Positions 1-12,909 of a stretch of DNA of 64,000 bases are shown here, piece by piece (the stretch's first letter is position 1; every line of letters begins with the position of its first letter). The DNA comes from Eledone cirrhosa. Its lineage: Eukaryota. The position numbers were made by a program, and so were the translations under genes. Below the pieces are notes generated by a model. The model was not told where the DNA came from, searched no databases, and worked only from the letters and a program-made list of their open reading frames with translations. Where the stretch lies: NCBI GenBank assembly GCA_964016885.1, contig OZ024744.1, positions 67,828,001 to 67,892,000 on the forward strand. The letters are read 5' to 3'.

Positions 1-676
1 CCCAGTGCATTACTGGTACTTTATTCTATCGACCCCGCAAGGATGAAAGGCAAAGTCAACCTCGGCGGGATTTGAACTCAGATCGTAAAGGGACGTAACT
101 ATGCTGGAAAGCAGGGCGTCCGACCCTCTACCGATACTGCCAATCCACCATATAATATCATATAATATCATTTGATAGGAAGGATATCTAACGTTGACTC
201 AGCCAGCTTATCCTGTTGTACATTTATTTTAGCTGCTACTTTCTCATTCTCCTCGTTCATATTTCTTTTTCAATGTCTCTCTCAGTCTCATTTCTTTACA
301 TACTCTCATAGTCTATCACTAACTCTCACTGTTTCACATATATTCTTTCTTTCTACTTTTATTCTCTCTCTCTCTCTCTCTCTCGCCATATCCCTTCTAT
401 TTGTCCTCGTGTTATTTAAACTTCTTAATGATTGGTGGTGTTTTTGTCATTGTTAATACATAGTTACTGGTGGTCAGTTCTGTTTGAGCAATCACATCTT
501 TGTCACAAGGGTAACCAGCGAATCTTTAAGATTTGCCATTCGATCAATTTTCCAGTTGTGGTCATCTCTTTGTTCAGGCTGGTTTTTAATATGTGTGACG
601 ACCAGGGGAAGTGAATACGCATGGAATCACCCCTCTTCCCTCATCCCACTCTCTTTTTCTCTATCTGTAAATACAC

Positions 677-728
<52 letters not shown>

Positions 729-804
729 CTAATATATATATATATTTATACCTGCCGAAATGCGATTCTCGCTGAATTTATATTAATATATATATATATA
801 TTTA

Positions 805-902
<98 letters not shown>

Positions 903-1057
903 TTTTTTTTATATATATATAAGTAGAAGGGGTATTTAATTTGTTAGAAGTCCAACAAATATAAATGTTTATAACTGATTGAGAGCACTCAACAGTTTAC
1001 TGGAGTAAATATTCAATGATATTAAATAAATGGAAACTATATTTATAAAACCATATT

Positions 1058-1120
1058 TATTTTATTATATATATTTCAAGGGTACCAAGACACATTGATA
1101 CGCTTTCATCAGATAAAATA
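1058..1120 (-). ncRNA. Minimal hammerhead motif (palindromic stem III TATATA)
   Basis: tattttat CTGATGA aagcgtatcaa-tgtgtc-ttggtaccctt GAAA TATATA TA ataaaata. Confidence 0.75.
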
Positions 1121-1209
1121 CAAAGTTTGTTTTATAAATAGAGACGTACCCATGAAAATCATACCTTATCGGTTGGAAATTCACTGTATATATATATATA
1201 TATATATAT

Positions 1210-1382
1210 ATAACGAAGGAAATGTGGTAAGGAACCAGGTGGACCATAACGCACCAAAGTACTCAATACTTGAGGTAGTAGAGTGGGTAATAGGAACCAG
1301 TAACACCCCGACAGCTGAGCTCAAGCCGTTTCGACGGAGCCGTCGAAACGGCTTGAGCTCAGCTGTCGGGGTCTTACTGGTT

Positions 1383-1387
<5 letters not shown>
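1210..1387 (+). mobile_element. (TA)n-embedded leader plus terminal-hairpin element. Relatives at 2673-2790, 14025-14222(-), 34280-34378, 42675-42903, 42911-43032, 45160-45300, 53990-54195
   Basis: Conserved leader of about 70 nt (aacgaaggaaatgtggtaaggaaccaggtggaccat..agtactcaatact..gtagtagagtgggta), followed by a near-perfect palindrome with arms of about 50 bp. Confidence 0.75.
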
Positions 1388-1438
<51 letters not shown>

Positions 1439-1461
1439 CATATATACATATATATATAGAT

Positions 1462-2630
1462 ATCATCATCATCATCATCATCATCACCGTTTTACGTCCG
1501 TTCTTCCACGCTAGCATGGTTAGACGGGTTGTCCTGTTGTGGGCAGTGTCTTGTCGGCTGACCATGTCTTGCTCATACAGGAACTGATTTGGCTCGATTT
1601 CTACAGCTGGATGCCCTTCCTAACACCAACCTCATTTACAGTGAGTGCTCGGTGCTTTTTCGTGGCGCCTACACGTCCACTTTACAGTGTGGGCTGGGTG
1701 CTTTTTTGCCGTGGCACCTCCACGACCACCTTGCAGTGGGAGGGTGTGGGGGCATATTATCTATATGCTTCAGCTTGTATCCATGGGAGGTCGGGTATTC
1801 TGTATTACTACGTGACGCCAGAGGTCACGGTCGTGTGTCATCGCCTTTGAGAGGTGTAATTGGGTAAGGTCGGCTTTTATCACCTCATCCCAGGTCATCT
1901 TGGGTCTCCCCACTCCGCGGTTTCCATCGACTTCTAGTGCTCTGCACCTTTTTATGCAGCTGTCATCCTTCATACGCATCACATGTCCATACCAACGCAA
2001 CCGCCTCTCCTGCACACAGCATTTGATTCCTCTTATGCTCAGTCTCTCTCTCAATTCATTGATGCTCTGTCGTTTACGTATATTACTATTACACATCCAT
2101 CGGAGCACGCAGGCTTCGTTTCTCTCTAATCTACGTAAGTCTTCCACCTTCAGCGCCCAGGTATCACTACCATGTAACATCGCTGTTCGGATACACGCAT
2201 CATACAGTCTGCTTTCATTTTGAGGGAGAAGCCTTTTGCAGCTAGCAGTGGTAATAGTTCCCTGAACTTTTTCCATCCCGTTCTTACCCTAGTTATTGTA
2301 CTTTCTGAACACCCACCTCCGCTGCTAATTCGGTCACCTAGGTAGCAGAAGCTGTCTACTGTTTCTGCAGAGCCCTCCCAGAGATTGGTGGTATTTGTTT
2401 CCTGTGGCTGTTTGCTGCTTGCTGTCCCAGTACACCTGCTGCATGTGAAGACTACATTCTTAATTAAGCTTCCGGAGATCCTGCTACATCTCTTGTGTAC
2501 CCATTGTTTGCATTTGGGGCAGAGAATGGAGTTCCTACCTACACCTTTCCTACATACTGAGCAAGGCCATTTCCCTGAGGGGATCTGGGTTCTGTTTTCT
2601 CGTCTACTTACAAGGACCTTAGTCTTTGTA
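1462..2630 (-). mobile_element. 5'-truncated RTE-clade LINE (PHD-like finger, RT C-terminus, 3'UTR, (GAT)n tail), frameshifted
   Basis: ORFs 2150-2716 and 1770-2276: KTKVLVS..KWPCSVCRKGVGRNSILCPKCKQWVHKRCS, FCYLGD, MLHGSDTW, RRLRWYGHVMRM, RGVGRPKMTW. Confidence 0.9.
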
Positions 2631-2643
2631 AGTATATATATAC

Positions 2644-2674
<31 letters not shown>

Positions 2675-2831
2675 ACAAAGAGAGTGAGGTAAGGGACCAG
2701 GTGGACCATAATGCACCAGAGTTCAATACGTTCAAATCTAGCTGTCAAAACGGCCAGAGCTTAGCTGTCGGTGTCCTGAATCTTTTCATATATATATATA
2801 TATTTATTATCATCATCATCATCATTGTTAT

Positions 2832-3022
2832 AGGCGGTGTATTGGCAGTATCCGTAGAGGGTCAGACGCCATGCTTTGACGCAAAGAGTTACGGCCCTTT
2901 CCATTCTGAGTTCAAATCCCGCCGAGGTTAACTTTGCCTTTCATCCTTACGGGGGTCGATAAAATAAAGTACCAGTAATGCACTGGGTAATTGCTGGCCT
3001 TGTGCCAAAAGTAGAAACAATT
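2832..3022 (+). mobile_element. tRNA-derived SINE family A with a Deu/Nin-like domain. Other copies at about 1-150(-), 8750-8931, 11720-11890, 12100-12255(-), 12265-12440, 15099-15282, 29097-29285, 40920-41075(-), 44053-44225, 46430-46705(-, two), 49580-49775(-), 50771-50956, 53388-53563
   Basis: B-box gagttcaaatccc, then gcctttcatccttacggggtcgataaaataaagtaccag (resembles the Deu-domain consensus), ending gtagaaaca(att). TSDs are visible on several copies. Confidence 0.85.
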
Positions 3023-4218
3023 GTTATTTTAACACCTGCTTTCCTTGCTAGCAAGGATTGGACGTCTCCATATAGACCAAGTCTGTACTGAAGTGGAACC
3101 ACTGATCTCCTAGGCAGGCCAGGGATCTGTCTCACTTATGCACAGTCTCATGTTCCATCGAGTGCTCGGGAGAGGTTGTCATGCCTTTGACACAACTGAG
3201 GTTCCTCCAAACCCTTTGTCTAGCAAGCCTTCTATGTATGTATGGTATCCTATCATAAACCACTTTACAGCGTGTTACTAGGTCCATTTATCATGTAGAC
3301 CAGACATATCAAACATGCGGCCCTATACTAGCATACTTACAGCTCGCACAAAGATTTTTACAGCACGAGCATGTTTTATCATCGTAATATAACATTTTAA
3401 AAAATAGTTGAAATGTGCGCAATTAGTTGTCATGTGTGACCCTCAGACAACACATATGTGATCCATGTGGCCCTCGGGGGATTCTCAGTTTGGCATGCCT
3501 GGTGTAGATCACCAACACTAGGGTGGTTGATATGACCATGAATTGAACGAAGGAGTCCTTCCATCCCTTCGTTTGTTTGTTTCATGAATGTGTGTGTGAG
3601 GGGGTGGCTGTTGAAGTAGTGATGTTGAGAATAATTGTTAGGGAGTGCTAGTCGAGGGGGGGGGGGGGGGTTAAGTCACATTGTATGCTACAGATAAGGT
3701 CTTCTTTAGTTCTTCATAAGCACCAGCCGAAGTGGTCTTTAGCCATTTCTGCACTCAGGTTTAGCTCTTTAAGGTCAGTCTTTATTATGGCCCTTTCTAA
3801 CTTCTCATTCTGCCATCATGTAAGCCTCTGACTTGGTAGGCCCTTACTTCAGCCACAGACCTGGCTTGTGGCTTCCAGCAGGTTGTCCTCTACAAATTTC
3901 TATTTTTTCTCTATATCATATGACCCCAAATCTGTTTATCAAAGGGTCATTAGACAAGAACTGAACTGATGATCCTATGATAAATAAGTGAAACTCCAGA
4001 GTAACAGTACTCACTATTCAGCCTTAATAAATGAATATATATATATGATATATACATATTAAAGTATGCGTGCCCGTGTGTGTATGTCTCTGCACACACA
4101 CGTGTATGTGTGTGTGCATGTCTGTGTGTTTGTCTAGTGTCCAGTTGTAGCCAAACAACATCACCTAACCTTTTGTATTTTAGGACACCACTTAACCTTT
4201 TCAAATGTCTGTTGTTAT

Positions 4219-4282
<64 letters not shown>

Positions 4283-4344
4283 AAGTGTGAACCTATTACC
4301 AACACTGTTCATACTGCACTATTGTTTTTTTGTTTTTTGTTTTT

Positions 4345-4420
<76 letters not shown>

Positions 4421-4483
4421 TATATATATATATATAAATATATATAAATATATATATATATATATAAATATATATAAATATAT

Positions 4484-4534
<51 letters not shown>

Positions 4535-4656
4535 AGGTGAGTTTTATTGTAGTACAATAAAGCAATGCAGATATCGGATAAGAAGCACTCTACAGTTTGT
4601 AGGACTGGAGTATACATAATATATAAGATCAAAAGATGGTTAAAAGAGTCCCAAGT

Positions 4657-4725
4657 ATTTTATTATGCGCATTTCAAAAACAAATATCATCATGCAATAA
4701 CATTTGTGTTTTCATCAGATAAAAT
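4657..4725 (-). ncRNA. Minimal hammerhead motif (stem III TGCGCA)
   Basis: attttat CTGATGA [stem II about 16 bp] GAAA TGCGCA TA ataaaat. Confidence 0.75.
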
Positions 4726-5087
4726 GGGAAGACATGATATGAAGGTTAAAAACACTTGTGGATAGTGCAGTTTTAAATCAACATATGAAAAGTAGTTTTA
4801 GATTGATGTGTGATATTGGGGGAAAAAAACTTTGAGAAGGGGGGGCTGGCAAGGATGAAAAAGAGGAGGAGATGAGAGTAAAAAGTGGAGAGGGAGGAGT
4901 ATAATGAGGAAGGATGAGATAGGAGGAGAGATGGGTGATAGAGAGAGAGAGATAGCTTTTATAACTGAGAAAGATATATTGTTTTACATAGAGAGGTTGA
5001 AAAACTGCTGGAAGATAATGTATAAATTAAAAGAATTTGAAAATTAACGAAGAGAAAAATAATGTAAAGTTAAGGTTTGTATATTGA

Positions 5088-5253
5088 AGGGTTTAATAAT
5101 ATGTGCGATGAAAAGAAATTGTTAATATGTATTAAGAATAATATTTAAGGGTTTAATAATATGTGCGATGGAAAGAAAATGTTAATATGTATTAAGAATA
5201 ATATTTCAGGGTTTAATAATATGTGCGATGGAAAGAAAATGTTGATATGTATT
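5088..5253. repeat. 60-bp tandem repeat, about 2.8 copies
   Basis: gggtttaataatatgtgcgatg(g/a)aaagaaa.. recurs at a 60-nt period. Confidence 0.9.
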
Positions 5254-5338
5254 ATTAAAAAAACAAAAGTAATGTAAGTAAGGATATATTGTGAGATGAG
5301 CATGAATAAGTTAGATGATAGTGAGAAAAAAAAATAAA

Positions 5339-5420
<82 letters not shown>

Positions 5421-5704
5421 GAGGATGAATAATCTAACGTCAAAAAAAATGTTTATGTTTACGAAGGATTTTTTCAAGGTGATATAAAGTAAGAATATAT
5501 TGTATTGTGTAATAATTGTTTCTATGTTAGGCACAGTGAGAAAAGGTACCACTTTTTACTCTCATCTCGTCCTCTTTTTCATCCTTTCCACCCCCCCCCC
5601 TCAAAAAAAAATTTTTCCCCAATATCACACATCAATCTAAAACTACTTTTCATTTAAAACTGCACTATCCACAAGTGTTTTTAACCTTCATATCATGTCT
5701 TCCC

Positions 5705-5773
5705 ATTTTATCTGATGAAAACACAAATGTTATTGCATGATGATATTTTTTTTTGAAATGCGCATAATAAAAT
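5705..5773 (+). ncRNA. Minimal hammerhead motif (stem III TGCGCA), inverted partner of 4657-4725
   Basis: attttat CTGATGA aaacacaaatgttattgcatgatgatattttttttt GAAA TGCGCA TA ataaaat. Confidence 0.7.
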
Positions 5774-5802
5774 ACATGGAACTCATTTAACCATCTTTTG
5801 AT

Positions 5803-5894
<92 letters not shown>

Positions 5895-6012
5895 TAAAAA
5901 AATAATGAATAAAACAATGAAACAGTTCCTTATATTAAACAAAAAAAGTTCATTATTTAACGATCGTTTCTGGGATATATATGTGTTAGAATTGGCATGT
6001 ATATTTTGCTCC

Positions 6013-6052
<40 letters not shown>

Positions 6053-7084
6053 CTGTATTTGTATATATCCCTCTAGATGGACATTAATTAGCTTTTCTCT
6101 GATACAACCGAAAGAAAGAGAAGTTTATACATCTATACATACAATCATACATACATATATATATATATATATACGTAAGTACATACATACATATATATAT
6201 ACGTACTACATATATACATACATACATACATGCACACACATGGTGGCTGCCAACTCGTTTTCGAGTACTTTATATCCATGTAGGAGAACCCCTATCGATG
6301 CGCTGAACGAGTGTGACTTTTTAGTCCAGCCAGCGACTTGAAAACTCTGGTACAAACACTACACTTGTGACAATTATTGACACATAGTGCTGGGCCCATG
6401 GTACCATGTGACGACAAGTGCAGAGAGATCTCCAGATATAAAGCAATGCCTGTGCCGTGAAGCTTTTATAGTGAGCAAAGGCACTGCACAAAGCCAGTCC
6501 CACTCTCTTAACCAAGATGATATTTACCAAAAAGAAGAACAAGTCAACATCATTGGATACCATCAGGGTTGCAGGTGTTATATCAGAGTTTTCCTTCTCC
6601 TAGAATTCCGCCTTGACAAAGGCTAAGGGGTCATCTCTCCCGGACACACATACATATATACATACATACATACACACTCTCACACACACACACATATGTA
6701 TATATACATATTTATATAATGTATGTATTATCATCATTATCATCATCATTTTATGTCCGCTTTTCCCTGCTTGAAAGGGTGGGATATGTGTGTATATATG
6801 ACAAAAAAAAACATATTGTCCATGCTGTAATGTGGCCATGTAGGTAACATGGTAAAAAGCTCCCAGTCCACACTGTAAATCTGGTTGGTGTTAGGAAGGA
6901 CATTCAGCCGTAGAAAACCTGCCAGACAATCCTATACGAGCGAGACTCGGTCAACCGACCAATCTTACCTCAAGTGGGACAACTCCTGTCTAACCCATGT
7001 TAGCGTGGAAGATAGACGTTAAATGATGATGATGATGATGATGATGATATTAATAAATGGAAACTATATTTATAAAAACATATT

Positions 7085-7146
7085 TATTCTATTATATATA
7101 TATTTCAAGGGTACCAAAACTTTGGTACGCTCTCATCAGATAAAAT
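7085..7146 (-). ncRNA. Minimal hammerhead motif (TATATA family); inverted relative at 7691-7756(+) has GAAA changed to GGAA
   Basis: tattttat CTGATGA gagcgtaccaaag-ttttggtaccctt GAAA TATATA.. ataGaata. Confidence 0.65.
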
Positions 7147-7281
7147 ACAAAGCTTGTTTTATAAATATTGACATATCCATGAATGAGATCTTAACGGTTC
7201 AAATTTTACCTGGATATTATACTCCAGAAAATCTGTCGAGTGCTTCGAATCTGTTATAAATATATATATTTGTTGAATTAC

Positions 7282-7367
<86 letters not shown>

Positions 7368-7818
7368 CATCATCATCATCATCATCATCATCATCGTTTA
7401 ACGTCCATCTTCCACACTTGCATGGGTTTGGACGGGAGTTTTCCCACTTGAGGCAAGATTGGTTGTCTTGCTCATATAGGACTGTCTGGCGGGTTTTCTA
7501 CGGCTGTATATATATATATATATATATATGCAGAGGTTATATTTAATTTGTTGGGATTCAACAAGCTCGAAAAAATTTATAACTGATATAAAGCTTGGGT
7601 ATGTCAATTATCTCCACTATCCACCGAATTTCAACCGTTGAGATTGTCTTTTTTCCGAGTATGTCAATATTTATTTATAAAACAAATCTGTATTTTATCT
7701 GATGAAAGCGCACCATAATTTACCTCGGTCGCCCTTGGAATATATATAATAAAATAATTATGGTTTTATAAATATAGTTTCCATTTATTAATATATTGTA
7801 TATATATATATATATATG

Positions 7819-7911
<93 letters not shown>

Positions 7912-8387
7912 ATATATATGTTATACTTGGGGAGGGTAATATTTGTGTAATATTGCCAGAATTAATAACAGAACACACTCACTGTTTGGTTGGTTTTCGC
8001 TTCTGTGTCTTTTATATCGGTTAATTTAATTTATTCGGTCCTCAATGTTACCATTCACTGACCAACGGTCAAAAATACAGATATAATATAGACACAAACA
8101 CATATATATAGTCTAACTAAGTTCTTTCGTTGCACATCTGCAACATCGTCAGTGGTGCTATTATGTTTCCTCCTGTTGTATTGTATGCCTACGCCATCTT
8201 TATTTAGTCTGTTTATTTTTTTTTTTTTTTGTCTTCTCTGCGCATGTGTTTGTGTGTGTGTATAGTGTTTGATGTGTGTTCGTGTTTGGGTGACTGTGTA
8301 TTGGTTATTGTATTCTATCTTAGTTTATTAGTGTGTGTTTATATGTGTTTGTTGTTATTGTGCTTGTGTATGTATTTATTTATTTAT

Positions 8388-8665
8388 TTATACTTCTCTT
8401 AGGTCAGTGTTGTTTGTTTGAGTGTTGTTGTTATTCCATTCATTCTTTCTGTTTAGTCTTGGCCTTCTAAGTTCTATTTCACTGGCCTCTCTGATTTGCC
8501 TATCTGCTGGGTCATTTCTATGTTTAGATATTATTCTAATTTCTATGTTGTCTATGTTACTGTCGTGTTGTTGCCTGGCATGTTCGTATAGTACTGAACC
8601 GTTTTTTTCAACCAAACAGTGAGTGTGATCAGTTATTAATTCTGGCAATATTACACAAATATGAC
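8388..8665 (-). mobile_element. Penelope-like GIY-YIG endonuclease C-terminal fragment
   Basis: SVLYEHARQQH..IEIRIISKH..DRQIREASEIELRRPRLNRKNE. A degenerate hammerhead lies downstream (about 8112-8158), and 8610-8665 is repeated in inverted form at about 7935-7992. Confidence 0.75.
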
Positions 8666-9192
8666 CCCCCCCCCCCCCCCAGTATAACAATATTTGTTTC
8701 GACACACGATTTCATATCAAAAACCTCGCAAAACTAATTCATCGCCATTATTTGGCAGTATCGGTAGATAGGGTCGGACGCCATGCTTTCCAGCATAGTT
8801 ACGTCCCTTTACGATCTGAGTTCAAATCCCGCCGAGGTTGACTTTGCCTTTCATCCTTACGGGGTCGATAAAATAAAGTACCAGTAATACACTGGGTAAT
8901 TGCTGGCCTTGTGCCTAACGTAGAAACAATTACGTATATATATATATATGAAAACATACATACACAAACACAAACACACACACATATATGTATATACATC
9001 ACAAGTAAAAGGTTGATAGTTTCACCGACCAGTAATGACTTCATCAGACTGTCAACTTTGCCACGACAAGAACATTACCGGTGATGAAAGTTCGAAGTCA
9101 CTGACAACCTCTTCCTTGTAAAATATATGTTATACTCTATTTAAATGTTAATGTCTCGTTACTTTTTTTTGTGTGTGTGTGTATGTGATGTT

Positions 9193-9228
<36 letters not shown>

Positions 9229-9439
9229 ATATGTGTGTATGAGTGTGTGTGTGCATGTGTATGTGCATGGGTGTGTGTGCGCGCATGTGTGTGTGAGGTG
9301 TGGGTATTGAATGTTGAAAATCTGTGAAAGCTAGAAAGAAATGAAGTGTGCATGATCTATGATATAAATGTATATATATATATATGCTACACTTCAGCTA
9401 CAACTTTGATTTATACCTTTTAGTATGTGTATGTATATA

Positions 9440-9484
<45 letters not shown>

Positions 9485-9824
9485 TAATAATAATACATTA
9501 CATTTATTGAGGTGCGACGCGCGTTTCATGATTGTTCAGCCCATATCGATCTGGCCCGACTCTGGAATCAGAAGCTGGTCGGACTTATTACAACGTCAAT
9601 ATACCTACTGCAAAATATGCATCACTATCATCATCATCATCATCATCATCGTTTAACGTCTATCTTCCACGCTAGCATGGGTTAGACGGGAATTGTTCCA
9701 CTTGAGGCAAGATTGGTCGGGTGACCGTGTCTCGCTTGTATAGGACTGTCTGGCAGGTTTTCTATCCTTCCTATAGGTGTGTGTGTATATATATATATAG
9801 AGAGAGAGAGAGAGGGAGAGAGAG

Positions 9825-9942
<118 letters not shown>

Positions 9943-10455
9943 CAATAGATAGATAAATAGATAGATAGATAATATAGAGATAGATATATATATATACATT
10001 AAGACATTTCCTACGCATGGAACTAATATATATCTTCATCAAAGTTCATCGAACTTCATCGTCTGTTGTGTTTTTTCGTCTACTTTTCACATATATCTGT
10101 GTGTGTTTGTGTGTGTTTGAGCCTCTGTGTGTATTTGAGCCTCTGTGTGTGTGTGTGTGTGTGGCTCTCTGTGTGCCTGTGTGTGTATGTGTACAGCCAT
10201 GATACATTGGAAAGTGGAGAACAATTGAAGTGAAACAATGACTGGATATTAAAGATATCATCTGATGTGTACCGGGAGATAACTGTGTGAAGTGAATGGA
10301 TGATGATTGCTTGGTGAAGAATGATATTTTAGGATGCTTGCCCTTACAGATGAGAAAATACGGGATCAAATTGTGTAAAGATATGTCTACATGAAAAACG
10401 GATGTTAAAATGATGATATAAATGTTGATGTTAACACTGACAATGATGATAAATA

Positions 10456-11267
10456 CAGTTGTCCCCAGTATTCGCAAGGGTTACGTTCCTAGAGCAGCCA
10501 AGAAGAGTGAAAAACCATGAGTATTTGACATGGTCCATGAAAATGCTTATAAACGTCAAAACATAACGGCAAAAGGCCAGATGGCATGACCATCTTCCCG
10601 TTCCGCGTTGGCAAACCCCTCGTCTGGGATGCCACTTGCACTGACACTTTCTGCAGCCGCAACCTGGTGCAGTCTGAGACTAACCCAGGTTCTGCTGCAC
10701 GTCGGGCTGAGGTGGTCAAACTCCTCAAGTACCGATCGCTCTCCGACAGGTTTGCGCGGTCGTACCCCTGGCAGTGGAGACTTCTGATGTCCTCGGCCCC
10801 AGGGCTACCTCCTTACTCACCACCATAGGCGCTGAGCTGGCAAGCCGCAGGTGTGAGCCCCACGAGTTGGAGTGGCATTTCCAGCGCGTCTCCCTTGCCG
10901 TCTTCCGGGGAAACGCCTTCTCCATTCTGTCCGCTGGGGCTGTGGGTGGGCCCCATCGCGTACCGTTTTGATTTCTTTTATTCTGAAAATTGAAACTACA
11001 CAAATCTTAATATGCGGTACAAAGACTTATTGAACGAAACATAAAATATTGGTTGGCAAATATGGTATATTGTTATATATAATTTAGTGCTAAAAGCGTG
11101 AAAAAATATAAATTGCAGCAAAAAAGCCATAAAATTCACAGAAGATATTTAGAATTCTGCGAATAAGCAGTGGTTTCCACAAACAATTATTAGTTAGGTT
11201 CTAAGGAAAATTCCATGAATAACCGGGACTGTGAATAACCACGACCGCGAATGCCAGGGGTACACTG
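10456..11267. mobile_element. Tc1/mariner (pogo/Tigger-like) non-autonomous element
   Basis: Imperfect TIRs ta|CAGTTGTCCCCAGTATTCGC ... GCGAATGCCAGGGGTACACTG|ta, flanked by TA. Confidence 0.65.
10555..10975 (+). mobile_element. CRE-like non-LTR retrotransposon restriction-like endonuclease fragment nested in the mariner element
   Basis: KRPDGMTIFPF..GKPLVWDATCTDT..AARRAE..K..KY, then VETS.VLGPRA..FQRVSLAVFRGNAFSIL after a frameshift. GC-rich relative to the flanks. Confidence 0.8.
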
Positions 11268-11344
11268 TACATTATTTACATGTATATTTGAAGTAGATGT
11301 TTTTAACCCTTTCATTACTATTTTTTAAGTGAAATACACTATTT

Positions 11345-11610
11345 CTATCTATCTATCTAGGGCGGGTAAAATTCCCGAGATCCATTGACGAGTTCTCTCC
11401 AGCGGTCTCTGTCCCTCATTATCGCTGCCATGTCTTGTGTCTCCAACAGACCAGTGTCTGTCCTTAGGGCATCAACATACATTAACCTTTGTCTTCCTCT
11501 TCCAGTCTGTCCATGCAGGGGCTCCCACAGGAGCACTGAGTGCAGTGTCAACTCTGGATGTCGGTGAGCATGTCCAGCTAACCTCAGTCTCCTCTGTGTT
11601 ACTTTTGAGC
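11345..11610 (-). mobile_element. LINE 3' end (RT C-terminus) with (TAGA)n tail; second copy at 44289-44446
   Basis: LAGHAHRHPELTLHSVLLWEPLHG..RGRQRLMYVDAL..DRDRWR. The two copies are near-identical. Confidence 0.8.
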
Positions 11611-12909
11611 TGACTATTTATAATTTTCAAATAATATAAAATTTAAAGGGATTTAGTAATATAGGAAACCTTTTTTGTTATTTATCTGGCAGACTGGTAA
11701 AATCATTAAAATATCAGCCAAAATGCTTTGTGGCATTTAGTTAAGGCCCTTTACGTTCCGAGTTCAAATCCTACCAAGGTCAACTTTGTCTTTCATTCTT
11801 ATGGAGGTCGGTAAAATAAAGTACTGGGTAGATATAATTGACTTTCCCCACCCCAAAAATTGCTGATCTTTTACCTAAATTAAAAATTATTTATCTGGTG
11901 TTTGGAACTTGGCATTTAACAAAGGTTCTTAGATAAAATTATTATGAAGGTGTTTGTATATATATATGTATGATCCCATAACTCCTGATAAAGTTGTAGG
12001 GGCACTGTATTGACATACAGCGTTTCTTGGACATTTTAAGCCTGGCGGAACCCATCCCTCTCCAGGCCTGAGTACAGCAGATTTCTTCCAAAGAGTGGAA
12101 GAATCGACCCCAGGACTAGATTGGTACATTTTTTATCGACCTCGAAATGATGAAAGGCAAAGTTGACCTCGGTGGGATTTGAACTCTGAGAGCAGAGAGC
12201 TGGAACGAATACAATAAAACATTCTATCCGATGTTCTAACAACTCTTCCAATTCGCCATTATGAAGGGCAGTATCGGTAGAGGGTCGGACGCCATGCTTT
12301 GACGCATAGAGTTACGACCCTTTCTGAGTTCAAATCCCGCCGAGGTTAACTTTGCCTTTCATCCTTACGGGGGTCGATAAAATAAAATACCAGTAATGTA
12401 TTGAGATTATTGCTGGCCTTGTGCCAATAGTAGAAACAATTATGAAGGTGTTTAGATAAATATAAACATGAATAATTTGGCATCATAGAACCAAGTGTGT
12501 GGTTTCATGTGTTGGTATCAAAGGGATTAAAATATATTTAAAAAACAGTAGATCACATTCACTGGAAACCTACTTGATACAGATGTATTTTATTAGATAC
12601 AAATAGAGGATGACTGTCTAACAAGCTAGTTTTTCTGAGTGAAAGTTAAGTCAGTCTTTCTATACTTTAGTCTTCATCATCATCATCATCATCATTTTTA
12701 TATCCGATTTTCTATGTTAGCATTGGAGGAGTGAAAATTCAAAGATGGAAATTCTTTGAAAAATACCTTGTCGGGGCAGGTGCATAGACATAGACATAAT
12801 CTGTCATTCATTTGTCGGAGTCTGGAGCAATGTGGAATAAAGTGTCTTGCTGAAAGACACAACACATCACATAAGTGCAGAGATAAATTAAACTCACAAC
12901 TGTACAATT

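Noticed and set aside
420-610. Possible decayed GIY-YIG fragment on the minus strand (..IEWQILK..)
   Set aside because: Only one short motif amid stops.
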